A DNA stretch of 64,000 nucleotides from Ascidiella aspersa. Taxonomy: Eukaryota. The position numbers and the translations under genes are program-made. The stretch spans positions 20,522,001 to 20,586,000 of the forward strand of contig OZ004609.1 of assembly GCA_963924565.1 (NCBI GenBank), written 5' to 3'. The notes under the pieces are model-generated. The model saw nothing but the letters and a program-made list of their open reading frames with translations, was not told where the DNA came from and searched no databases. The stretch's first letter is position 1. Each line of letters starts with the position of its first letter. Positions 1-13,000 of this stretch are shown piece by piece.

Positions 1-2406
1 TTCGAGGAGGTATTAATTACCGAAAGGATTTATATTTTTATGTTTGTGGTAAGCTTATTTACATAAACGCATACCAGATGGAGCACGAAAAGGCTAAACT
101 TTTGCAAGATTTCTTGTATTTAAATTAGTAGCCGAGTAGTGCAGCTTCACCGCTTCGCCCTACTCGTTGGCGAGGCGACCGCGATGCGTTTAGTGTCAAA
201 CGAAGGGCGTCCTAATTTGCATTCGTGTCCAAAATTTGAAGATAAAATTTTCGGTAGGCATATCCCTACGCAAACCCCTTCCCATACGCACCCCCTAACG
301 GTAAAAAACATCGTTTCCAGCATTAGCGCGCAACTCGCGGAGTTTTGTTACGAGCTGAACAAGACACGCCAAGCAAAGAGCGTTTGCTTGCGCTTAAACA
401 TATTTCGTGCTGATTAGATTTTCTGCCCAGAGGCTCGCTTGCCCTCGGGCTGTCTTTCCGCCGCGAAAACGTGATCGTGGCTTTGGCGCCTCTGTCCTTT
501 TAGCAGGCCGAGCAGATAGCGCTCTGCCATTGTTTTACCAAGGCGAATTACGCCCGGTAATCGGCTTACGGTCGTAAGACTCCGGTCAACGTTGTTGCGA
601 ATTTATGCTCCCGTACCGTTCTGTTGTTCGACGTCAACTGGAATGGCGCGCTATTTATGTTTTTTAATAATGCTATCGGTCGCAATTATTTCAACTGTGC
701 GCGTTTGCAAGGAATGAATCGCTTGATATTTTTTTTTCGCATTTTCAACAACATAACTAATAAATCGGCTTTGGATAAATTAAAAAAAGCATTTGATTTG
801 TTGCAAAGACACACAACCGTAGATTTGATGCTATAAATTAACTTGTAATTCTTCGACTTGGGAGGTCGTAAGACTTCCATTTTTTTGTCTTTCTCGTTGA
901 TATCGCCTGTCAGCTTTAATCAATATTGAGTTGATTGTCAAACTAAAAATAATGTAAGGTGCAGCTATCTACAAACGAATTGGCGCCTAAGCTAAGTGCA
1001 GCATAACGTACAAAAACACAGTTTGGTACGGCAGTAGACTTCTTATCGCTTGAACATCGCCAAAGCACCACGGTCGAAATGATTGCCCTTGGCGCCTCAC
1101 GGTTACCATTATAAAGTAAAGCAGGTATGTTGTACAACCGACTGTGGGAAACCGTTCGCCTTGACCGCTGTTTGCGTTCCATTGAGTATCGTTGACGAAC
1201 GAAATACACATAGCAATTTACATTGACGAATTTATTCTCGATGGCATTCCTTTCACACGTTTTCATTGCAAGTTGTCCAGCAAACCAAGTTACCAGCAAC
1301 GTCGAAGCTGGTTTCCACTTACTGGCGAAAAACAAGTGAAAAGCACCCGATTGTATCTTTCCATGAAAGGCGAATAATCGGCCGTTTCTGCGCCTCCGAC
1401 AAGTTCTTAGAAGGTTCTCTCAGACATGTTTTTGCAACCTTCGCGTTCCAACACCCTCGACAACGACAGAGTTAAGCAAACAGTGCACTCTTGTATATTA
1501 ATAAGGTTGTTGTTTTGTCCAGACAGCTATACTGTTTACTTACGATTTTAGTTTTGAGATTAAAAATATTTTCCGAAACTTCTGCCTTTGTTCGAATAGC
1601 GAAAAAGCGATTCTCTTTGAGTAGGATTAATGTACGTTCTGTCGTTCTATGCTTGGTATAATTAAAAGTTGCAAAAAAGGGTCTAAAACAGTTGTTCTAA
1701 AACTTGTTGAGCTTGCTGCACAGTAAAATGTCAAAACATTCGCGGCACACTTTCTACTAAACAACTTGACCATCTCCCTAAATAATCGCAAGGCAATATG
1801 TAAGTGTTATAATATTTTAATTTTCAAAATCGATAGTGTGCATTCAAGTCTAGCAGGCTTAGCTGTAAAGTAATACAAATAAGTTATAAGTAGAGGCACA
1901 CTTAAGAATCTCTCGACTAGTGTGCGTGGCGGCACACAGTTTAAAAATTAAACTGTATAAAATATTGTCTTTTTGCACGCCGTTTCGTTTTTTTTTTGCT
2001 AATAACAATCGAAATCACATTGCTTGCGCAGTAAGAGCGACCAATGCGTCACACCGGAAAGTTACTCCGCTTGTCTGACTTCTTCGCAGTAACCGTGTCT
2101 TCCTGCAGTAAACCAGCAACCGCAGTGGATTTGTTTGTTCAGCTACACTTAGGCTTGAATTTCACATAGATAAAACCGGGATTTATGATTTGCACGCGAT
2201 TTTCTGCAGTTGAGTAAGTGCACACAATGTTCGCTATTGCAGAATGCAGACTTTAAGACAGCTTTAGTACTATCTATAGCTTTATCGCTAAAAAACTTTT
2301 TGTTAGGAGTCAAACCTATGGTACAGCCGACAAGAAAATATTTCCTGTTTGATAAATGTGCGATGTTCCACTTTCCGTGCGTTTACACCTGTAACTGTTA
2401 ATTTAG

Positions 2407-5400
2407 CCGTGGCCTCAAGTCTCCCAGCCTGCCAAGGACTTCGTTGCCGGCTTCCTGACCTTTAACCCCGAGGAGCGACTTTCCCCCTCGAAGGCCCTTA
2501 AGCACCCCTGGATTGTCAACCACTCGGTACAGTCCAACAAGAACCTTCACAGGTGAGTGGTTAAAATGTGTTTAGACTTTCAGACACCGTCAAAATCTAT
2601 GCTTTACCCACTGGGGACAACTATACCATTTTTGAAAGTTGTGGTGCGCAAATTATTTGGTTAAAAAAATGATGAATTTTTGCTGCGTTTTTCAACGTTG
2701 GTTGAATTTGTGAACGAAAATGTTCTCTTTTTTCATGGAAAATTGTTCAAATACCACGGAGACCTTCTTTTTTTCTTACTTGTGTTCGCTGTATCGCTTC
2801 CACCTTTTGCTTTCCACAATGACAACGCATTTCGGCAACGGTATACTTTTCGCGCCGCAACTCATAAGCCTGCGGTTCGCATCCGACGCTTGGCACGATT
2901 TTAATTCGCGGCGTATGAATGACTCGTAAGCTTTCGCCAGCGCACATAATAATCATTGGACGACACAACCGGCGCTTTATTGTGCTGATAAAAATGCCTC
3001 GCTTTCCTGCGGGTAACGATCGGGCAGCGCTGGATTAAGCTCTGGACTGTAAAATCAGATTGTGGTTTGGTTCCCGGCCTACAGGCCTTCATTATATCGC
3101 TGCCGGCTACGCCAACGAATATTTATTTCAGTCTAGACAGAAATAAACCTATGCATCGTTCGCGCGACCAGTTTTAATGTCAACCCTAATTTTGTACGAC
3201 TTTTCCAACTCAAACTGGTGTGTGTTGGTTGGGAGACAATTTCTAAGCAAATATTCAATTCAAATTATTATAATAAATGATCCTTTCTACAATGTTTGGG
3301 AGGAGGCCTACTTTTTTACATATACTTACACTGCTACAGATATCAGAAAGTCGAAAACGATCCCTTTGTTGATCTTTGTGCAACAGTTTAGATTACCCTT
3401 CCAAAGTTTGTCTTGTGATGCTCTTGTTTCCGAAAATACATCACATTCACAAACAAACATATTTCTTCATAATCGAACCTCATGATTTTTATACTACATT
3501 GGACACCAATGTAAACCCTTTATAGACATTAAAAAATACTACTTCTGTCCTCGTTTATATGTTTAACTTGTTTTCATTGTTTATTCAATACTGATCCATT
3601 GCGCTTTTCGGAGTCTGAAATGGCACCAAAGTAGTCTGGGAAGCCGGCCAAAGTAAACCTTCGGCGCGAAGTTCCGTATTTTTACCGAGCTCTTGTCGCC
3701 GCCGCCTTTGATATTATGTGCATTTGCGTTCGTTTATTTTCTTTCCGAATGGCGAGACTGAATTTGTCCCGGTCGTTTTGTTCGGGTGCCGAAGATCAAC
3801 AATGTGCCACCTTTTGTCCGCGCTTTGATTCCACTGGTTTGCTGCCTTTCAGCTTGCGGCATGTTTTTCGTGTCTCGGCAAGTGCCGATCGTGTTGCGAT
3901 GTGCATTTTTGCGCACGGCCGTCTAATGCGAGTTTAAAGCAAAAACATAGTGACGTCCAAGTAAGCTCTGTTGACGCCGAGATGTCACAGATTTACCGCG
4001 AGCTTAAAATGTTTTTCGTGATTATGAAAAAAAAAATGAATAAAGAGTTATTCGAAACGTTCAAAATGATACCTACTTCGATACTCTTATTACGGCTTAC
4101 TACAACCTTCACCCATTATGCTCCAAAATTGTTTTATAGTTTTTAATCAACGCATTGAATTTAATGAGATAAATTCACTGAAGTCTAAGTACTAAAAACG
4201 CAAAATACACGTATTATAACCACGTTTAATATTAAACTTCCTTGGCGTTTATTATAGGGGCCGAAACCTTTTCTTCGGGGTTTATCTTATAACTTCAATG
4301 TTTTGCTTGTCTAACCAGCGCGTAAAAACATAAGAAAGTTTGCGTAACACGCTTATCCGCAGGTCAGTGCTGCTATGCTTGTGCGCCATATGACAAACAT
4401 AATCACATCCATTTAAAGTTTGGCGACTTGTGATCACCGTGTTCGCAAGCCTGCGATTTCCCTCTCAAGAACGCGATCCGAAAAAGTCGGTGCACCAAAA
4501 TATCCCGCAAAAAGTCCGCGATTTTAGCACGGTCAACGTTTGTCTGGTAAGGTGTTAAGGCATTTAATTGACCTTCGCAAAAAACAGACGGCCTTTTTTG
4601 CTTTTAGTGTGTTTTTGCGGTCCTTACTGATTTCTCAAGAATAAACGCGTTGATTTGTTTTCTTGGCCTTCCTGTATCTCAGCCTTTTCAAAGCACCCTG
4701 TCTTAGGTCTTTACCGATTTACTGAAAACACATTCCTCTCGTGGTTTTCTGTGCTGGCCAACGCGATCAACAGCCGTTGATTTGTAGCATAATTTACGGT
4801 TTTTCTTCGAACGCATTACCCAAATTTCGTGCATGATTTTTCAACGTCTCGTTAGCGTTGTACTTTGCTCCTTTAAGACGTGTGTACAACGAAAAAATAA
4901 CGCCCATTGTTTTCTCGGAAACTCTTTGCCACCTGCAACTTTTTAGACTTACTTTTCAGCTCTGACTTTCCAGTAGGCTGTGTTTAAAATTGGGGATTAT
5001 CATAGACATGCTGTACAGTGTATCGTGTATTTCATCGCTCTTAAGCATTTCCATTTGTCAAAAGCCAAGTCCCGTCCCGGCGCCCCCAGCGTTCCGTTGT
5101 ATAAACAACTCGCCGTCCGCAAACCGCCACGGCGTTAAGTTGCAACAACACCGGATTTACGTTCCACGGCGCTTCATGGAGCCCGTATAATCGTATAACC
5201 ATTGCTGCATCTCGCTACGTGTCTCTTTCACGGCTAATCGGCTTACCCTCTCGTCGTTAAACGATATACGGAGCGCTATTATGTGAATTTTTACGTTTTT
5301 GAAGGCTGTGTTATATACAATAGCAAATGAAAAGCGCATGGAAGAACCCCGTTTATTTTGATCGTTGGGTTCACTTGGGGTCTTATAAAGTTGTAAACAA

Positions 5401-8400
5401 CCTTGTCGGTCTCGTCATTTCGCAGAAGCGCCGTGCCTCGGTGCCTTGTTAATGTTGGCTGTGTCCAGCTGTCCATCATAGCGGTAACCTTGAGCAAAAA
5501 CACCAACGGAAGGTTAAATATTGTTCGATTCTAGTTTGCGTCACTTGCGCGCATTGTATATGGTTGGTGACAACAAAGTCTTCATTTTGAGTTTATCCAA
5601 AGCTGATGGCGTACTCCTCGTTTGCACCGCTTTCCTAAAACAGAAACGAGGATATTATCTAATTCGGCGATGCACAAGTTGTTTAAGCAGAAGAAATACG
5701 CATGAATAACTGTAGCGAAGTATGTTTGTTGAACCACTCATTTTAACAGGCTGATTTTATTTATTGAACGCTTTCTAATGGATGCATTGCGTAAAACGCT
5801 TCCCTTCCAGTAGGTTGTACCCATATTGTTTTAAATTACTTGTAAAAAGGCAACCGTTTAAGTAAAATAGTTATTTTTACTAAATAAACCCATCGTCACA
5901 CCTACACAAAATGTAATAATAGCACGAACGAGAAATCTTAGTAATTATCAGACTTACTTCATTTACATACAAAATTGGCGAATCTTTTTATCGCCCATTA
6001 CATAAAACACTTGGTACTTGTCGTCCGTTAGTGCCAATTTATTGTAAACCTACATTTACAAAGCACCGTTAAAATTATACCAACAAACATGACCCCATAT
6101 ATGTCTTTGTAAACGTTACGAACTAAATTAAAAAGCAAATATTTCCTTTGACGGTTAATAGCTTTTTGTCTCGAATCTCGGTCAGGCCTTGTCTAATCCG
6201 ATTGGATTGCCTTGGCATTTGACGTTGGAGTATGTTTTTCTTCCTGGTGGCGCCGTACCGGTCTACGACATGTCCTTCTTACGCGATATAAAACCGGCAA
6301 AGCCGTGCGGTCTTATTTTTGTCTTTCTCCTGGCAATTAGCGTCGGTCGGATCATGAGATCGACTTTGTTTATTTATTTGTTTGCTTGAATTTGTCTCTC
6401 CCGATGGTCTGACGGTGGACCTTCACTGGATTAAGGGCGGTTGGTTGATTGGTAAGCGGATACTTATGCAGCCGTTAAGTTATATGCACATATATCAAAA
6501 TAGACCGGACTTGTCAACGTTGAGAATTAGTGCAACTTTTTTACGATTTAAATTTTCAAAACAATATTGGGTAACATTTGCGATTGATAGTGATATCTAG
6601 AATTAATAGGTAATTTACCTCAAATGTTTTCAATAAACGCGCGAACAATGTTCCTGATATTTATACGAACGTTTATTGTAAAACATATATATGGCATATA
6701 CCGTATTATTTGATCACCACATATTGAAATGAGATTCGATTTTCCTTACATTTTGTGACGTCTAAAATTATTTACCCGTAATGACGCAATTCCTACTATT
6801 TTAAGTTAATTTATGAACGCCATTGTTCTCCGATAGTATAACTTTTGTTGGCAAAATATCGAAGTCCTTTCTCTCGCAACGCGATAAGTTTTTGCGTCAC
6901 TATTGCACGTCGATGCGTCATAGGTTCATTGCGGCGACGACTGGAGCTTGGTCGTGCGAAACTGGTGGGTGGGACCCCGTGTGTACATTCCCTTTATGTC
7001 GCAACCTGCCGTTATGTCCCGGGGTTTGCTGTTCACTGTTCACTGTTTGATGTTTCCCTTTCCGCCTTTGCTTGCCACTTACCTTGTTATTGGATGCGGT
7101 TGGACGACGGTGCCTTTTACTGACGGGTGCACCACTAACTGGTTGGTTAACTGATATCTAATGTGTTCTGTTTGACTTCCTGTGTTGAATTCATCATTAA
7201 GTGAGATGCGACTTGGGGGACACGAGAATATTTCTTTACTAGGAAACTATTGCAAAACCCTAATATCACGATCTTATTCACCCACCAGTTTAACTCAAAT
7301 TTGTGGTTTTCTCTATGACCTCACAGAACTCCCCTGTGACGTTGCGTGACGCACTTTTCTTGAACGTTCTAGAATTATTTCCCAGTTAAACATTCATAAA
7401 AACGCACTAACTTCGTTCATTTTAAGCAAATTGACTTTGATTTGTTTAATTGAGTGTTAGTGCATTTGCCTTTTTGAATAGCTTTGTAAAACAAAAAACA
7501 ATTATTCTTGCTGGTAAGCAGGGGGTCACGAGTGGTAAAGGCCTAAAACAGGGAGACCACAAACTATGAAATGAAATATTTCACGTCCATTCTGTAGATA
7601 TAGCTTTAAGCAATATTTCTCTGGTTCTTCCGTGCTTCGTGTTTTTGCTGGACCAATGTTTGTCCAACTCTTTAATTGGCAGCCAACTGGCGTTAGTCGC
7701 GCTAATTTTCTTGGAAGCTTTTAAGTTTTCTGTCGCAGCATTTACTCAACCCATTTGCCGATTAAGGTTGACTTAGAGTGGCAGAGTTGCACCTGTGTAG
7801 CCTTATAATAATAAAATGTCGTGCCAAAATCCTTTGTGACAAGTGAATGTTTCGCAGGTAAGTCGCGATTTAAACTTTCAAGTTTTGATGTGACAGCGAT
7901 CTCTGCGATTTGAGTTAATTCGCTTTTTAAGCGAGTTCGCCATTTTGCTATATTTCTTTTTTGCTATTCTTATTCGCCAGCTTGTTTTGAAGCTGCCGAA
8001 AATAGATTTTCATAACGTCGCATGGTTTCCGCTTTGTTGTCTCCTTTACGAAAACCTGGAATTATCTGGACGTTTTATAATTATATATATTTTTGGCTTG
8101 AGCAGCTTAGCATGAAAATAGATTTCTAAATAAAACTGTCTTTGACCTAACGTTTCCTTAGAGCGCATCGGTCTAATGTTATTGCAGATATATCCTAATC
8201 TTCTCTTAGTTGGACGTTTAAATATGTTTCCTTATATAAAGAAATTAACCCTACTTCTATGTCTGTGATTCCCAAACGGGGTGCCGCTGCACTCTATGTC
8301 GCCGTTTGCATAAGATATTTTTTATTGCATAAGGGTGCCGAGAGATATTTTAGATTCTTTAAGATTCTAATTTTTGCTATATTGATAATTACATCAAAAA

Positions 8401-10021
8401 AATGTCTTTTCAAAAAAGATAGTCAGGGTGCCAGTCTATTTATCATTACTGTATAGGGTTCCTCATGCCAAATATGTTTAAAACCGCCGTCAATGCCATG
8501 AAAAATAAGCGTTTTTGCTATCCCATGCGCTGTTTACGGTTTCGTTACAATTTTGTTAAGACGTGGATTGGAATGTTGAGCAGCTTTCGAGTTTTGAGAA
8601 AATGTGCGAGAATCAACACGATCGCCTTTAAATTTCGCTTGTTTTGTAAGCACCTGCGAAAACAAATCCCCAGCGCGAAGCACGAATTGTTCGTTCGCCT
8701 CCACTCGCAGTTAGCGGTCGCGAAATCGGCGCAACGCCACCCGCCAAGCAATTGAACCTAACTTGTCCGTGGGATAATTACGCTACAACCGTGGCAATCG
8801 ATAGGTTTTGGGCCAACTGGCTTTTTCTTCTGTCCTAAATATTCGACTTCTTTTATAAGCTTCACGTTGCTTGCGCTGTCCTAATTCCAGAAAGAGCGAA
8901 ATCTGTCATCCGCGTACCGCAAAACAATAAAGATCGTTGCGTGTCTCGCGCCTCTTAAAGAATCGAATATTGTCATTCCACTTATCGTCGGCAATAACCT
9001 AGCGAAAGCTGTCAGTTTGCGGGAAAGCGCACCAAACGCGGTTTCGTGCCTGTCCGAACCGGTTTGCGGTGGTTTCGTGCCTGCACATTATTGCACAACC
9101 TCAGGTAAACCAAGCCGTCGAGCCTGATTATAATTCCGCCCAGAAGCGAACTACCATTGTCGTTCATTTAAGGTTGCCTGAATCTGGGGCCACAATATTA
9201 ATTGCGTATTATTTGCGGACCATGCACAATACACAAGTTAAACAATGTTTCGGGCCAGGGTTTGTACCACTCAGGTTTGATTCGAGTAAGTTTGTGTCTG
9301 TCTTGAAATACATATGTCGGCGTAATTTGTATATAAATTACTCAAATTTCAAGTTAGGTGAAGGTAGAAAGTATCCTCTAAAGAATTAAGAAAATTCATT
9401 TATCAGTTAATTTTAACAGTACCCATTGTATTCGCAGGTCGATTTCACAGAATCTGTTGAAGCGGGCTTCGTCTCGGAACAGCAACAAGTCGGCGCAGTC
9501 GGGCAGGTCGTCAAAGTCCAACAGGTCGCTGCGATCTCAACACAGAAAGGTAAGCGTTCGAACAATTTGAAAATTTCCTTTACGGTTTTAACGTTGCGAC
9601 ATAATAATTTTAATGAATTAAATTTATTGTCATTTGGTATATTTTGGTGGTGGTACATGTTTTTGGCTAATGTGTAAACGTCTTATTTATTTCGTTAATC
9701 TGACGGTTTTAATGTATTTTTATATGTTTTTATAAACCATTTTAAACCATTTTATAGCATCTAAGACTGGTGGTACGAAGTCGTGAGACGTAGAAACACA
9801 AATCAAATCCCATAAAGAAGAATAGTGTGTAAATGTTTAGAACTCACCTTTTTATTCGTCAAATATCAAATAAAAATTCACTTTGCCAATATTATCGTGC
9901 TTTATTGTACTTTACAGCCGGTTTATTTAATCGTAAATTTGACGCCGTTTTCTGTTTTCCGTTCCAGGTTAAAGCCAAGGAGTTGGACGAACTGCTCAAG
10001 AAATACAACTACTACCAGTAA
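2407..10021 (+). CDS. PSKH1: Serine/threonine-protein kinase H1-like (CAMK group), last three coding exons; 5' exons lie upstream of the window
   Basis: Exons 2407-2552 (PWPQVSQPAKDFVAGFLTFNPEERLSPSKALKHPWIVNHSVQSNKNLHR, kinase subdomains X-XI), 9438-9549 (SISQNLLKRASSRNSNKSAQSGRSSKSNRSLRSQHRK) and 9968-10021 (VKAKELDELLKKYNYYQ*). All introns are GT-AG with matching phases. The KNLHRSISQNLLKRASSR tail is recognised as PSKH1-specific. Confidence 0.9.
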
Positions 10022-13000
10022 CGCATGAGAACTTATCCACATCCCCAATCACCACAACTATATTCAAACCGCCCGGCTCCAAACCAACAATGAAGCGGAT
10101 TCATCACTGGGTAGTGCTGACATACACAAACCCCGACACTTTCAGCCTCCTAATACGAGAAGCAATGACGTTGAAGTCGTTTAAGCGACACTGCTGCCCG
10201 CCAACGTAAACACCGTAGCATAGTGTGACGTCAACGCTACGTCACGAAGGCGCAAAAGGCGCGAGTCGAGTTTGTTTAGCGACCCAATAAAGTTTGCATA
10301 GCGACGATGTAAACCTTATTCGTGCCGATGTTGTTTTGCGATTAAGCCGTCGCTTCCGCTTTCCATTTGATTTATCCACCAGATGTGGTTGCGCAGTGAG
10401 TGACAATGACACAACTTTTTTGAGTTTTGCTTATTCCCTGTCGCATTCATTCGTAAAATAATCCGGTACTGCATAGTGCATAATACAGTTTTAAGGGTAA
10501 CCGCCGTCAAACTTCTTCTTGTTTTTTAAAGCCCGTGTTATTTCGAAGTTGCGCCAAATTACGTGCAATACGCCCTTTGGACCTCTTTAGCCGAATGCAC
10601 CTATTATTGCAAAACCGATACAAACGCAATCAGAATCGCCAAACACTTGTTAACGCCCAACAGAATTTGCACGGCCACAATAAAATACACGCACCCTACT
10701 TTGCCGACAATCATCCAACTTCGTACAGTTTCCGACTTCCATGCTTTAAAATAGACTTTTACCTTCGGACGCTTAGATTTGTGGCTTATTTGCGCCCTTA
10801 TGCCGCTAAAAGGTGGACTCTTTTTTCAGAAACAGGCATGACCTTGCCGCCATTCCGATGGAGCAATGCCGCTATTGTGACGTCAGTACATTTGGTCGCC
10901 ATTTTTCGAATTCTTCCCCTGACGTGCCTTGATCTATTATAGTTCGCGCGACCTTTTTACGTCCTTAGATTTGCGTTTTGGACTGTAAGCAACGATTTTT
11001 CTGTTGCTTTATTCTGCGATATTCGTCACCTTGACACTGCTTTTGACTTAGGACTCCATTATATACCAACGGCATAAAGATAAAATTGAAGTGCAATAGA
11101 AATTGATAAATTTATTATGTTGGGAATGCATGAACGTTCAACCCAACAGTACTACAGCCTCAAATAAATCCTTTGCGACTTAACCAAGTTCGTTAAGCGT
11201 TGTGGAGCCAATTTCTAAATCCGCCCAGCAAATGTCCACAGAAGCCACATTTTGTTGTGTTTCCGAAGGCTTTGTTGCTTAGAAGAAAACGTTCGACTGT
11301 TTGCTGCACCTGGACAAATGCCTGCTGTTTTCACTATTTGAGTCTTCGAAGGCGCAGCTGCATCTAGCCTAAGAATATTTACCGCGAAATTGGAGTGATT
11401 ATGCGTGGCTACCCGTAGCTCAAGTGCTATGTAACGGTTCAAGCCCAACACGTCGCTAACGCTTCAATCGATTTGAACCTATATACTGATATTATCGGCG
11501 AGCTTTAAAGATCAACCGGCAGTTCCGAATCAGGTCGTGTTGCTTGAGCTGTGCGTCTTTTTAAAGTTGATCTAAATCCGTTAGCAAACATCTCATAGGT
11601 AGATTGTCTTAGCGTGTCACTTTCGAAAAAAGGCAGACCTCGAAAAAGAGCGCCATCAAAAAGTGAGGCTTGTACTCTGGCTCGTCCACTTAACGCATTC
11701 CTAACAGCCAAATTGCACCGCGCACTTTTGGCGCCGAGCGATCCTTGCCCGATAAAACTGCATCAGAAAGACGACGAACGCCGGAAGGCTGGTATCGCAA
11801 AACAACGCGAACCCTATGGTGTTATTCTCGTCTGACGGCTGCTTTACTTTTCCGTCAGAGCTTACTTGTGTTTGACGCGCATTCCAATGTCGTCGAGGTT
11901 AATAGAGCTGCTACTAATTCGGCCAATCTCGTTACTGTGACAAGAAACTATAGCTCCTGCCAAAAGTCCAATTATCAAAACCCAACGGTAGAAACAAATG
12001 TCTGCCGCAGACCGCTTATTAAATTTCGATCGAAACATAAACACCCCTTTCAAAACCGCCCGGTTCAGTCAGATATCGCTAAAGTGAATATTATCAGTCG
12101 CTCTTTTTCTATTTATAATGCTTGTACGTCTTACTGCGAACGATTAAGGGTCGCATTTGATCTTTCCACCTTATTCAATCCAATACAACTCGGCGTAAAT
12201 ATTTCGTACAAGATACGCACTAGCTTATATGTCATGTTGCCAGCCAGGATTTATACCTGTGGTGTGGAGCAACGTTTGCCGGGCCATTCTATGTGGACTG
12301 CGAACGTGGGTTTTTACAAAATAATAATCTTGCTTATAAGCCTATTAATTTCGTTTTAATTGTAATGTTTGGTGGCGAGAATTTACGATACACGCAGCAC
12401 CTGTTTTATATTCGGTATTTTTTGTGCACTTATAGGTATTAAAATAAAGCCCCCTCCCACCAAAAAAAGTCGTAATACAAAACCGATTTTTGTGTCTGAT
12501 CTGAGTTTGCAAATTGAATTTTATTGTCATCAGCTGAGCAGACTTTTTGAAAAATGTCCGGTGGTAAACGACGTTTCATTCTTGGTCCCAATAGGAACTG
12601 TTTGTGCGTACTTTTTTTGCCTTGCTGTCGTGTGTCCTGCAAAAAGCATCGTGCGACTGCATTTTCGTTATTCGTCACTGTGATGTGCGGTTGTGTCGGC
12701 GGTTAATGTTTTTTTTTATTTAATTTTTGTGCCGCTTTTATGCTACACCTTAGGCAGAAGGTGTCAAGGCTTTCCACTAGTTTTGTCATTTTTTATTAAC
12801 TTATATACTTGTTTACAGCATTTTTTTGCATACTTACTCCTATATACACACATTCAGAAGTTGGTACTCTTGAAACCTATGGAAATGCTCATATTACTTT
12901 TTGTACTGCTTCTTATTACATACTTTCCGTAAGGCAGAACAGCCCAGTACCGTATCACCTCGGTGGCTTTAATCACTAATAATCCTATTTTGCTAATATT